From contig PQXE01000004.1 of assembly GCA_003194495.1 (NCBI GenBank), positions 2,994 through 66,993 on the forward strand: a stretch of 64,000 nt of DNA, given 5' to 3'. Within the stretch, counting starts at the first letter, position 1. Every line of letters begins with the position of its first letter. Made by a program: the position numbers and the translations under genes. Shown here piece after piece: positions 8,917-18,166 of the stretch. The notes under the pieces were generated by a model. The model was not told the DNA's origin. It saw only the letters and a program-made list of their open reading frames with translations, and did no database searches. The stretch is from Deltaproteobacteria bacterium. Lineage in GTDB: Bacteria > Desulfobacterota > Dissulfuribacteria > Dissulfuribacterales > UBA3076.

Positions 8917-10353
8917 ATGACAATTTACTGTCCCACAGATCCTCCTGAACTTGCCACATTCTTAGGCAGAATACGCAGGAAGCAGGAAGATTATGAAAAA
9001 TACGGTTTTACCCATATCCAGGGAAGGACACTTAGGGCCTTTTTCGATCTGGCCCAGGAGTTCGAGACCATGGAGAATTTCTACAGGGTGTGTGTCTTTG
9101 TCCCCAAGGAGTTCATGGGCCTTGATTCCTGCCTTTATTTAGTCGATCCGGATACCAAAAAGCTCCAAATTGCCTGCGATTCCATCAAAGGACTGAAGGT
9201 CTGCGGCATGAATCCTCCCGATGATATCAGGATCAGCGAATCCGCCTATGAGACAGGTGATACGCTTGTATCACCTATCAGGGGTAACTGGAGGCTGTTA
9301 ACCAGGAAACCTTTAGCACAGGCAGAGGAAATTATAGGCCTGTTCGCAGTATTTCCCCTATCTAAGTTTGGAGAGAATGACAGGCTGTTTTTTGAAAAGT
9401 ACGCAAACAGAATAGGATACAATCTGCACTACAAGTTGATTTCAGTACAGAGTGAAAAGCACATCAAGTTCATCAATACGCTTGTAGCAGACATTGAGCA
9501 CAATGTCCTGGTGCCCAACATGAAATACAAGCTCTTTCTGAACAATCTCAGAAAAAAAATCCGGGAGCTTGAAGATATTGAAAAAAATATGGGGGAAAGG
9601 ATAGAAGCCGGAATCAAGAAAAAATGCATTGAGATATGCCATATAGAGCAAATACAGGATAGCCTGTCCGACTTGCGTAAAGATATCCTTGAGCAGTATG
9701 AAGAAATTGATAAACACTATCAGAATACCAGTCTTTTTCTTGAGAGCCTGCTCAGAAGGGATCACTTTGAGAAGGGACATTTGGTGCTGCGGCGCAAGAT
9801 GTGTCGTTTCAGGAAAGAGGTTTTAGACCCCCAACTTGAGCGTTACAAACAACGGCTTGAACGTAAGGGTATACGTATAGACTACCAGTTTGGCGGGATG
9901 CCTGACGAAGATATCCCATTGGCAGTGGATGTAGGGCTTATTTCTCAGGTCTATGCGAACCTGTTTTCCAATGCGGAGAAATACTGCCGGGAGGTAATTA
10001 ACGAACACGGAGAACCCGTCAAGTTTATGTCCTACGGACAGGATATAATACAAGATTTTTTCGGCCCCGGAAAGCAGGGAATCAAGTTTAATGTCTATAC
10101 AACCGGGCCGCACATCCCTTCAGAGGAGGCTTCCCGCATCTTTGACGAGGGTTTTCGCGGGACCGGTTCTGAAAACAAGCAGGGTGTCGGCCATGGATTA
10201 CATTTTGTGAAAAAGGTAGTGGAAGTCCACGGCGGCATTGTCGGCTACGAAGCAACCAATCTCGGGAACAACTTCTTCTTTGCCCTTCCCCTCCAGTACA
10301 CCATTAAAGAAATGATGGACCTCCCTCTGGTTGCTGAGCTCAATACTCCCTGA
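8917..10353 (+). CDS. Cytoplasmic sensor histidine kinase (HATPase_c)
   Basis: The C-terminus has N, G1 and G2 boxes (NLFSNAEKY, DEGFRG, GHGLHFVKKVVEVHGG) and a candidate H-box ADIEHNV. No obvious TM segment. Confidence 0.7.
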   Translation: MTIYCPTDPPELATFLGRIRRKQEDYEKYGFTHIQGRTLRAFFDLAQEFETMENFYRVCVFVPKEFMGLDSCLYLVDPDTKKLQIACDSIKGLKVCGMNPPDDIRISESAYETGDTLVSPIRGNWRLLTRKPLAQAEEIIGLFAVFPLSKFGENDRLFFEKYANRIGYNLHYKLISVQSEKHIKFINTLVADIEHNVLVPNMKYKLFLNNLRKKIRELEDIEKNMGERIEAGIKKKCIEICHIEQIQDSLSDLRKDILEQYEEIDKHYQNTSLFLESLLRRDHFEKGHLVLRRKMCRFRKEVLDPQLERYKQRLERKGIRIDYQFGGMPDEDIPLAVDVGLISQVYANLFSNAEKYCREVINEHGEPVKFMSYGQDIIQDFFGPGKQGIKFNVYTTGPHIPSEEASRIFDEGFRGTGSENKQGVGHGLHFVKKVVEVHGGIVGYEATNLGNNFFFALPLQYTIKEMMDLPLVAELNTP

Positions 10354-10513
10354 TTTTATGACAAGTAATCATTCACTTCCCCCCCTGACAGCCAACAGCC
10401 TTTTTCGGGTTTCAAAGCACAATCCGTTGAGAATACGCCTTTTGGTGCAACCTTGTCCGCGGTTGAAACCCTGCAAAAGCCTGTCGGCTGCCAGGGCAGT
10501 GTGAACGGTTACT

Positions 10514-12745
10514 ATGACAATGTCAACCGGCCTCCCAGACCCAAAAGGGGTTTTTGTTGACTTTAAGCGTGAACTCAACCCGGAACAGCTCAGGGCTGTA
10601 GAGATCATGAACGGCCCGGTTTTGGTGATAGCCGGTGCCGGAAGCGGAAAGACCCGTACCCTGGTTTACAGAGTTGCCCGGCTTATCCGGGAAGGAGTGA
10701 AGCCGGACAAAATCCTGCTTCTGACCTTTACCAGAAAGGCTGCCGCCACCATGCTGGCCAGGGCTTCCCGGATCGTAGGGCCCCAATGTCAGCAGGTAAC
10801 AGGAGGCACTTTCCACGGTTTCGCCCATAGAATGTTAAGGCGCTATGGGCACCTGATCGGCTATCCCCACAACTTCACAATACTGGACAGGTCAGATACG
10901 CTGGACCTCCTGCACCTCCTGGCCCGTCAGTTAGAACTCACAGGGCCTGGAAAGCAATTTCCCCGAAAATCCACCTTGGCTTCAATTGTGAGCAAGACAG
11001 AGAACTGCGGAGGATATGTATCCAAAGTGATTGAACAGAGTTATCCGCACCTCATGGGGGAACTGGCAGGATTGGAAAAACTCATCCCGGTCTATCGCAA
11101 ATATAAAAAAGTCCACGCACTCATGGATTACGACGACTTGCTCCTCAGGTGGAGAGATGTGCTGAAAGAACATGCCCAGGTCAGAGAATCCATGGGTTCC
11201 TGGTTTCAATACATAATGGTGGATGAATATCAGGATACAAATGCCGCCCAGGCGGAGATCGTACACCTCACGGCTTGCGGTCATGACAATGTAATGGTTG
11301 TCGGAGATGATGCCCAGTCCATCTATTCCTTCAGAGGGGCAAATTTCAAGAATATTATGAACTTCCCTGATATGTTTTCCGAAACTCAGATAATAAAACT
11401 TGAGAGGAACTACCGCAGCACTCAGCCCAACCTGGACTGCACCAACGCCATAATTGCCAATGCCAGGGAAAAATTTACAAAACGACTGACAACACAGAGA
11501 AAGGGAGGAAATCCACCATACCTGTACACGGCCAAGGATGAGATGGACCAGGCAAAATTTGTTGCCGACCGTATCCGGGAATTGTTGAAAGATGGGTTTA
11601 AACCCTCTGATATCGCCGTACTTTTCAGGGCTGGTTTTCATTCCTTTCACCTTGAGACCGAATTAGGCAGCCGCGGAATAACCTTTGTCAAACGCGGAGG
11701 AATGCGTCTCATTGAGGCCGCCCATATCAAGGACCTTCTCTCTCTCCTTCGCCTTCTTATAAACCCGCTGGACCGGCTGAGCTGGAGCAGAATCCTCCTA
11801 TTAATCGAACGTCTCGGCATCAAGAGCGTAGAGAAAATTTTCTCCCAATTGATTAAAAGCGCGGATCCCCTGGAGTGTCTTTCAACCTATAAAACCAAGG
11901 CGGCTTGGGGAGAAACAGTAAGGGAACTCGGCAGTCTGTTAAAAAGACTCCATGACATGCCGGAGGACCTTCCTGATTTGTTTTTACAGCTCGAGACCTG
12001 GTATCGCCCACATCTGGAAAAAATCCATCATGAAGATTTTCCCAAACGTCTGCGGGAACTGGCGCACCTGAGAGGAATGGCAGCCCGGTATGACGACGCA
12101 GTGTCTATGCTCGCTGACCTGGCCCTGGACCCTCCGGACCAAGAAGAGACGGAAAAAGAAAAAGAACGGATAGTCCTTTCCACCATGCACTCGTCCAAGG
12201 GCCTTGAATGGAAGGCAGTCTTGATCTTGTCACTGGCGGAGGGACGCTTTCCGTCGCCTGCGGCTTCCTTTCGCACCAAGGAAATAGAAGAAGAACGCAG
12301 GCTCTTTTATGTAGCCGCAACCAGGGCCAAGGACTTTCTGTGTTTTTGTTACCCCGCCTTTATAAGCGTCTCAGGTACAGGCTTGCTCCCTGCCAGGCCA
12401 TCACGGTTCCTGGATGAGATACCTTCCGACCTTTTACAGTTATGGAAAAAGGAAATAGATACTGATGAAAAAATTTATCAAAAAAGCCGGTATATGCAGG
12501 ATGTCACCCGGCCATCTTCAAAGCCTTCAGAACACGTCCAACAAATAGACTTCCAAAGCAGCCCTGGATCTGATCAAACCGGTCCTGGTATCTTTTCACC
12601 GGGGAAAAGGGTCAGGCACCCGATCTTTGGGCCGGGAAGGGTGATCAGGGACATTGGTCCAAATAAGATACGGGTACTTTTTGACGTTGCCGGTGAAAAA
12701 ACCCTGCACCTTGATTATGCCAAGCTTAGTGTTATTGAGAGCTAA
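10514..12745 (+). CDS. UvrD/PcrA/Rep-family ATP-dependent DNA helicase
   Basis: LNPEQLRAV, AGAGSGKTRTLVYR, MVDEYQDTN, VGDDAQSIYSFRGA, ERNYRST and LSTMHSSKGLEW motifs. Confidence 0.9.
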   Translation: MTMSTGLPDPKGVFVDFKRELNPEQLRAVEIMNGPVLVIAGAGSGKTRTLVYRVARLIREGVKPDKILLLTFTRKAAATMLARASRIVGPQCQQVTGGTFHGFAHRMLRRYGHLIGYPHNFTILDRSDTLDLLHLLARQLELTGPGKQFPRKSTLASIVSKTENCGGYVSKVIEQSYPHLMGELAGLEKLIPVYRKYKKVHALMDYDDLLLRWRDVLKEHAQVRESMGSWFQYIMVDEYQDTNAAQAEIVHLTACGHDNVMVVGDDAQSIYSFRGANFKNIMNFPDMFSETQIIKLERNYRSTQPNLDCTNAIIANAREKFTKRLTTQRKGGNPPYLYTAKDEMDQAKFVADRIRELLKDGFKPSDIAVLFRAGFHSFHLETELGSRGITFVKRGGMRLIEAAHIKDLLSLLRLLINPLDRLSWSRILLLIERLGIKSVEKIFSQLIKSADPLECLSTYKTKAAWGETVRELGSLLKRLHDMPEDLPDLFLQLETWYRPHLEKIHHEDFPKRLRELAHLRGMAARYDDAVSMLADLALDPPDQEETEKEKERIVLSTMHSSKGLEWKAVLILSLAEGRFPSPAASFRTKEIEEERRLFYVAATRAKDFLCFCYPAFISVSGTGLLPARPSRFLDEIPSDLLQLWKKEIDTDEKIYQKSRYMQDVTRPSSKPSEHVQQIDFQSSPGSDQTGPGIFSPGKRVRHPIFGPGRVIRDIGPNKIRVLFDVAGEKTLHLDYAKLSVIES

Positions 12746-12766
12746 TCAGGTAGGTAAATAAAAAAA

Positions 12767-12800
12767 GGGCGAGGTGAGATTACTCATCCTCGCCCTTTTG
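12767..12800. terminator. Bidirectional rho-independent terminator between convergent genes
   Basis: The stem gggcgagg / cctcgccc is flanked by an A-run upstream and a T-run downstream. Confidence 0.7.
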
Positions 12801-12815
12801 AACAGTTCCGGCTAT

Positions 12816-14588
12816 CTAAGGGGCAATAATCATTGTCCCGTCTGCCGAACTTGTGGATATGTGAAACTGGTCCAGGAAGGTCATGCCGAGCAGTGCAGTG
12901 GACTGGCCTTCTGAGAGATAAACTTCAACATTTTGCCTGGATAGACGTCCCTCAATTTCAATATCAGCATAGCATTTGTATGCCGTGATGGTGCCGCCTA
13001 CCCCTCCTATCAGCTCAGGCGTCTGATCGCATTTACTGTTAAGCAAACCGGTCTCCTCATCAATCAAGCCCATTTGTGAGGCATCAGCCAGATCAAGGAG
13101 TACGGCAAAGGCCCCGGTATCGACTATAAATCCGATGGCATATCCATTTACAGTTCCATTTACCAGATAGCAGTTGCAGCTTGGATCAAGGAGAACAACG
13201 ACTTCAAGCCTGACCGCTGAAAAATTCTGTGGGACATACCAATCTGCTTGTCCTGCAAAGCGATATTGCCACGTACCTTCCAGATAACCGGCAGCAGTCG
13301 GCTCCAGCTTGGTTATCTTATAGAGATACTCGACGTTCCCCCAAATACTGGGCTCGACAAAGTAAATTTCATAACCACCTGACTGTACACAACTACTTAC
13401 CACCAACCGATGTCCTTGAATCGCAAAGGTATCACAAATCTGGTCTGTGCTATTGGCATAGGTGACAGTCAAAAATGTTTGGGCAACAGGGCTGCTCCAC
13501 ACTCCGCTGAGATTACCCCGTTCCTCATGGAGAATCATTGGATAAATTGTCCCTGTATCATCTATATACGTGTATGATTCTCCTCCAAACTTTTCTGTTA
13601 CTACCCAGGTGCCGGTAACAGGCTGAATGTGTAACACATAGTAAAGAAGTTCCCGCCATGATTGCCAATCATTGATACCATTATTATCCTTTACTATGGT
13701 CCTGACAATCCAGTCGCCTTCCATTCCGATCAGCCGCAGGCCTCCTCCAAAGGAAATAGGAATAAACGCCTTTATATTAGGGGTCTGATCACTCCAAGCC
13801 ACATCTGTTGGAGCATACGGAATAACCGGATCTCCTATACCCTCATCGCTACTAAAGGGTATGGCAATAGGGGTATTTTGTACATCCGCTGCGTAGAACA
13901 GGCTCTCCGCCCCTTCAACCGGATGGCCCCACTGGCTGAACAGATCAAAACGCATTCCATTTTCACTGTCCCATCTATACGCAAAAACCTGGCCTGGAGC
14001 CAGACTTGGATGCTCTGCCAACACATAAAGCGGTCCGGAAATATCTTCTGTTACAGGCACATTCATGACCAGATCCAGCCAATCGGTCGTGGCCACTGAC
14101 TTCTCAGTAGCTTCACGCAGTGCATTGACATAGACTCGAACAGGGATAGAACGCGATCCGTCCGACAAAGTAGTAGTCACCGTTACGTTTCCATCATAAA
14201 TAGTGACATTGCCCCCATAAATATTCTGATTTGCCAAGAGTTGATTTATATCAACGCCGACAGTGAATGATCCACCTCCGTTGGTGTCTCTTATTATATC
14301 GTCTGCACTTCCATTTAGGGTAATCCATTGGTAGTTCTTTGACGCAATCCAACAAAAGTCAATCGCTTCACTGGTACTGTTAGAGGTTACAAAGCCATTA
14401 ACCTGTACTGTAATTGGATCAGGATTAGTAAGCTGTTCCTGTGTAACGTAGAATTGGAGATCACCAGGTGAAACCACTAATGTTCCTTCCTTAGTAACGT
14501 TACAATCTGCGGCATTACCAGTTCCGGCCCCAAAAGCTATTATAGCCACAAAATAAAGGATAGAAATTATAAATTTATCTGTCTTCAT
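12816..14588 (-). CDS. Secreted beta-rich protein with a C-terminal retropepsin-like (clan AA) aspartyl protease domain
   Basis: Signal peptide MKTDKFIISILYFVAIIAFGAGTGNA. The C-terminal roughly 110 aa carries FIVDTGAFAV (DTG), GGVGG (flap) and LLGMTFLDQF. GAGGAG lies 6 nt before the ATG at 14588. An alternative ATGA-coupled start exists at 14648. Confidence 0.7.
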   Translation of the reverse strand: MKTDKFIISILYFVAIIAFGAGTGNAADCNVTKEGTLVVSPGDLQFYVTQEQLTNPDPITVQVNGFVTSNSTSEAIDFCWIASKNYQWITLNGSADDIIRDTNGGGSFTVGVDINQLLANQNIYGGNVTIYDGNVTVTTTLSDGSRSIPVRVYVNALREATEKSVATTDWLDLVMNVPVTEDISGPLYVLAEHPSLAPGQVFAYRWDSENGMRFDLFSQWGHPVEGAESLFYAADVQNTPIAIPFSSDEGIGDPVIPYAPTDVAWSDQTPNIKAFIPISFGGGLRLIGMEGDWIVRTIVKDNNGINDWQSWRELLYYVLHIQPVTGTWVVTEKFGGESYTYIDDTGTIYPMILHEERGNLSGVWSSPVAQTFLTVTYANSTDQICDTFAIQGHRLVVSSCVQSGGYEIYFVEPSIWGNVEYLYKITKLEPTAAGYLEGTWQYRFAGQADWYVPQNFSAVRLEVVVLLDPSCNCYLVNGTVNGYAIGFIVDTGAFAVLLDLADASQMGLIDEETGLLNSKCDQTPELIGGVGGTITAYKCYADIEIEGRLSRQNVEVYLSEGQSTALLGMTFLDQFHISTSSADGTMIIAP

Positions 14589-14644
14589 AGCGGACTCCTC
14601 TACAGCAGGCATTATCCTGCCATACCTTATGCCTTCCATGAACC

Positions 14645-15874
14645 TCATGTACCTTGATCTTCAAATACCTGCTGGTTTATAATAATAGGGTCATTGACCT
14701 CCTGGATCTCTGACTCTTCATTTTCTTGAGGAATTGGTATTGGCTGCACATTAGAGATAGCGGCATAATTTTCCACCGGGCTTTTGGCCAAAGCGTTTGC
14801 AAGATTAATAATTAATGCCCCGGCGGCTTCTTCAACTGCTTTATCAATTTGGGTCCTTGCCGCTGGATCTGCCCACATACTTTTAGGCTCAACCCGTTTT
14901 TCCACCCGGTTCGCCCAAATAATGCGGCCATCACTTGCGTCTTGCAAGGCAAGACTTATTTGAACTACTGCCTGGGGAACATGGCCTCCCTTAGATGCCA
15001 AGTATGCGGCTGATGCCCCGGCCGCACCCCATACAGCAGCATTTAATCCGGCATGATCACTATATCCGCCTTCATGGCTGACAGACTTTGTAGCAAAACG
15101 TGGGTGAGAACCACCTGTTATTGTGGTCTTTTTATTAGGAGGTGTAAAAGGCGTTTCCGCATAGCTACCCAACAGGGATCCAAGACCGGCGCCAACAGCT
15201 AAATCCTGCCAAAGATCGTATCGTTCAGATTCCGCGAAACCAAATAATAACGCGGAACTCGTGTCAAAGAAAAACGGCAGGATCCCAACCTGAATCGGAT
15301 TAAGAGTATTTCCATCTCTTACTTCATATTCAACAACACGTCCTCTCAAAATGTAATCAGCCCCAAAACGGCGCCCTATTTGTTGGATGGTGCCGGGGTC
15401 AAGACCGACCCTTGTGAGCTCGTAGCGTTCTCTGGAGTTGCCAAGCTGCTCATTCATTACGGCCAGCTTCTGGATTTCTTCCTGCATGGCTTCCGACCAT
15501 CCACTACTTAATTCCGCAGTAATTAATCCGCAAGAGCTACCGGAACGAATGGAAGGTTGCCCAACGATCCGGATAACTCCAAGATCAACAAGATATTGCA
15601 CAACATCTTCTTTAAGAGGGACATAAAATCCCTTCTCGGCCAACCGGTACATCAGGGCCTCATAGATCTTGACCTGCCGGCGAAGAGAATCGTCCGGCTG
15701 AGCTCCCATGGTGTAATCCGCCAAAGGTAATACAACGATTTGTTTTGCCGGACTATTTGGATATTGAACAGGGGTATTGAGAGGTGCAACAGAATCCTTA
15801 ACTTTTTGCCCGCAACTAACGAGGCAAACCATAATTGCCAACAAAAACAGTAAAATAGACCATCTGTTAAACAT
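14645..15874 (-). CDS. Lipoprotein, CsgG/LpoB-like scaffold interrupted by glycine-zipper segments
   Basis: Signal plus lipobox LLAIMVCLVSC. It has an ADYILRGRVVEYEV-type motif and the Gly-rich stretches AVGAGLGSLLGSY and AAVWGAAGASAAY. The family call is tentative. Confidence 0.45.
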   Translation of the reverse strand: MFNRWSILLFLLAIMVCLVSCGQKVKDSVAPLNTPVQYPNSPAKQIVVLPLADYTMGAQPDDSLRRQVKIYEALMYRLAEKGFYVPLKEDVVQYLVDLGVIRIVGQPSIRSGSSCGLITAELSSGWSEAMQEEIQKLAVMNEQLGNSRERYELTRVGLDPGTIQQIGRRFGADYILRGRVVEYEVRDGNTLNPIQVGILPFFFDTSSALLFGFAESERYDLWQDLAVGAGLGSLLGSYAETPFTPPNKKTTITGGSHPRFATKSVSHEGGYSDHAGLNAAVWGAAGASAAYLASKGGHVPQAVVQISLALQDASDGRIIWANRVEKRVEPKSMWADPAARTQIDKAVEEAAGALIINLANALAKSPVENYAAISNVQPIPIPQENEESEIQEVNDPIIINQQVFEDQGT

Positions 15875-16023
15875 GACTTCCCTCCCGGAATGCCTATAGT
15901 TTTTTGTAACATTTGTATCTATCTATACTTATCGGACATATATATAAAATTACTTTAAAATTTTTTGTAACCGTTTAGTAATTTATGGGTTGAGAGGGGC
16001 AGGGAGCAGGGAGCAAAAAAAAA

Positions 16024-16173
16024 GAACATCGAACATCGAACGTCCAACATCGAATGCTGAATAGGGAAACAGGAGGCGCTGATGACAGTTTCACGGACTT
16101 GTTGAGAAATTACATTGAATGTTCAGTATTGGTTATTCGTTTTTTATTCGACATTGGATGTTGGATGTTCATC
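16024..16173. repeat. CGAACAT-arm hairpin element, full copy
   Basis: The left arm gaacatcgaacatcgaacgtccaacatcgaatg is inverted against the right arm cattcgacattggatgttggatgttc. The core (ggacttgttgagaaattacattgaatgttcag) is shared with the copy at 18439; the copy at 35272 shares only attgaatgttcggta. Confidence 0.8.
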
Positions 16174-16267
16174 TTTCAAAAAAAACCGTACAGGTTGAAA
16201 TCCTTCAGCCCTCAGCCTTCAACCTGAACAGTTACTGCGGCATAAATATAACCTTAAACGCCTACAA

Positions 16268-16768
16268 TTATTGCTTCGGTCCGCTAACCGGAGTACCCTT
16301 TCCACGCCTGTGTCGTTCACCGGCTAGCGCCCTCACTTGGCCTGCAAGCCTTTCAGAAAACAAGAGAAACCTGGCCTGATCCCTGATATTGAAAACTTCT
16401 CCCAGCCCCTCGAGTTGTCTCTTCGGGAGTTTGGCCAATTCCACGTTGGTATCGGTTAAATCCCGCATAAGATCTCTAAGCCTGGCGTCTGAAGAAGAGG
16501 AACGATCGACATCCTCCCTTAATTCCTTAAGGAGTTTTCTTCTCTTATTAATTAGCTCGACCCGATCATCATCGTATTTTTTTAGAATTCCAAAGACCTT
16601 TTGAGCCTCTTTTTCTGATAGGTCAAATTCTTGTATGAGTTCCCAGTTTCTTAGTATTACAAATCGTTCCTTAAGGTCTCTGGGTCTGTCTCGAAAGCCT
16701 GGTCCGGCAAAACACTCTGAAATCATCAGGACCAATGCGAGTGCGCAGAAAAGGATTTGCTTTTTCAT
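16268..16768 (-). CDS. Periplasmic Spy/CpxP-like (heavy-metal-sensor-like) helical protein
   Basis: A signal peptide (MKKQILFCALALVLMISECFA), then a charged helical protein. It is the last gene of the ECF sigma operon. Family call from general resemblance only. Confidence 0.45.
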   Translation of the reverse strand: MKKQILFCALALVLMISECFAGPGFRDRPRDLKERFVILRNWELIQEFDLSEKEAQKVFGILKKYDDDRVELINKRRKLLKELREDVDRSSSSDARLRDLMRDLTDTNVELAKLPKRQLEGLGEVFNIRDQARFLLFSERLAGQVRALAGERHRRGKGTPVSGPKQ

Positions 16769-16850
16769 TTTAAGTCACCTTCCTTTATTGATTTTTTTAT
16801 TGATTTTTTGGCACATGTAATCAGTTTTGAAATCCGTATTTCCGACTCTG

Positions 16851-17042
16851 TCAGCGGCATATACATCTCCAATGTCCGGGTATCCATATTCCTCTATAAT
16901 TGCAATGCCGAGGCACCCACACTTTTGCACAGCCGCACGCCACCGGCCCCGGTGGCGGACACTGAACCCTGGCTGTACAGCTAACAGACAAAAGAAATAT
17001 GACCAATAGCAAAGTAAGAAATACCCTTCTCATAACTATCAC
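16851..17042 (-). CDS. Small Cys-rich membrane-anchored or secreted protein with a repeated W(V/I)P(R/G)HW motif
   Basis: 63 aa with a hydrophobic N-terminus, then CTARVQCPPPGPVACGCAKVWVPRHCNYRGIWIPGHWRCICR (7 Cys). It sits 4 nt after the anti-sigma gene. Confidence 0.5.
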   Translation of the reverse strand: MIVMRRVFLTLLLVIFLLSVSCTARVQCPPPGPVACGCAKVWVPRHCNYRGIWIPGHWRCICR

Positions 17043-17046
17043 CTCC

Positions 17047-17556
17047 TCATGTCGAGTTTTCAGCAGTCTCTGCCAAAAGGGACGACCAGCCCTCGGTTAA
17101 ACCCACATTAAGATAAAGATCATATTGATCTTCTTCGCATTCAGTTACCAATATCTGTGAATCTTCGTATACTGAGATAACAGGGTCAATTCCCGCCATA
17201 AGCATGAGTTCGTCTTCTTGAAGAAAAGATTTTTGCCCATAAAACAAATTGAAGACCAGGAGCATGACCGTAATCGCAGTGGCTGCCCAGCCGAACCTCC
17301 ACCAGTTGAACTCCCATAAAGCCCTGTGTTTGGGGATTTTGACATTGCTGCGCACGTTTGCCCGCATCTCATGCCAAAAACGAGCACTCTGCTCCTGCTC
17401 AACCTCTTGTTTCAGCTCAGCAAACCCTTTTTCAAGCAAAGCCATTTCCTCTTTGCAGGAAGGACAGTCTTCCAGGTGTTTCCCCAGGTCCTTGGTCAAA
17501 CCTTCTTCAGCAGGGAAAAACTCCGGGAGCTTCTCCCAAAAATCCTTACATCTCAT
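17047..17556 (-). CDS. Anti-sigma factor with a zf-HC2 N-terminus and one TM helix
   Basis: Cys/His cluster C3...H27-x3-C-x2-C (LEDCPSCKEE) and TM WWRFGWAATAITVMLLVFNLF. It overlaps the sigma gene by 11 nt. Confidence 0.7.
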   Translation of the reverse strand: MRCKDFWEKLPEFFPAEEGLTKDLGKHLEDCPSCKEEMALLEKGFAELKQEVEQEQSARFWHEMRANVRSNVKIPKHRALWEFNWWRFGWAATAITVMLLVFNLFYGQKSFLQEDELMLMAGIDPVISVYEDSQILVTECEEDQYDLYLNVGLTEGWSSLLAETAENST

Positions 17557-18088
17557 GAATAATTCCCCTTTTCCTGAGTAATTCTCTAAGACCTTTCATG
17601 GCAAAATGAAAATTCGAGCGAGCGGTCTCCTGCTTGATCTCCAAAATCTCGGATATTTCTCTAAAACTCAAATCACTTATGAGCCTCAAATTCAGGACCT
17701 GGTGCTGTCTTGCCGGCAGGCAGTTAATGGCCTCCATGATCTGTTTTTTGAGGTCCTTCCTGATTAAATCAGGCTCAGGACCAGTACGACAATCCGGGTC
17801 CATCCAGCCCTCATACTCCAGGTTTTCTTTCCTGGTCTTCAAATAATCCAGGGCCTGATTTGCCGCTATTCTATACAACCATCCCCGGAACTGACTCCTG
17901 TTTTTAAGTGATTTAAGGCGGCGGAAGGCCTTAATAAATGCCTTCTGCGTTATATCTCGAGCTTCTTCCACGTCAAAAACCATACCCCTTACCATGTAAA
18001 ACAATGGACCCTGGTATTTAGCCATTAAACCCTCAAAGGCACCTTCTTTGCCCCTCAGGAATGCAGTAATTAATTCTTCATCAGTCAT
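17546..18088 (-). CDS. ECF (RpoE-type) RNA polymerase sigma-70 family factor
   Basis: Region 2 (DITQKAFIKAF, RGWLYRIAANQALDYL) and region 4 (LPARQHQVLNLRLISDLSFREISEIL). Confidence 0.85.
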   Translation of the reverse strand: MTDEELITAFLRGKEGAFEGLMAKYQGPLFYMVRGMVFDVEEARDITQKAFIKAFRRLKSLKNRSQFRGWLYRIAANQALDYLKTRKENLEYEGWMDPDCRTGPEPDLIRKDLKKQIMEAINCLPARQHQVLNLRLISDLSFREISEILEIKQETARSNFHFAMKGLRELLRKRGIIHEM

Positions 18089-18121
18089 AACATGTTCAAA
18101 ATAAACCAGAGTTACCAGTTA

Positions 18122-18147
18122 AGACGATTCAAGCTGTCAATTCGTTT
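18122..18147 (-). promoter_or_regulatory. Possible autoregulated ECF-type promoter (AAAC-N17-CGTCT)
   Basis: The minus strand reads aaacgaattgacagcttgaatcgtctta about 35 nt upstream of the sigma ATG. Motif resemblance only. Confidence 0.25.
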
Positions 18148-18166
18148 AAAAAATAATGGATTTTAT

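Noticed and set aside
16119-16379. 86-aa + strand ORF
   Set aside because: It begins inside the CGAACAT hairpin element and runs antisense into the Spy-like gene.
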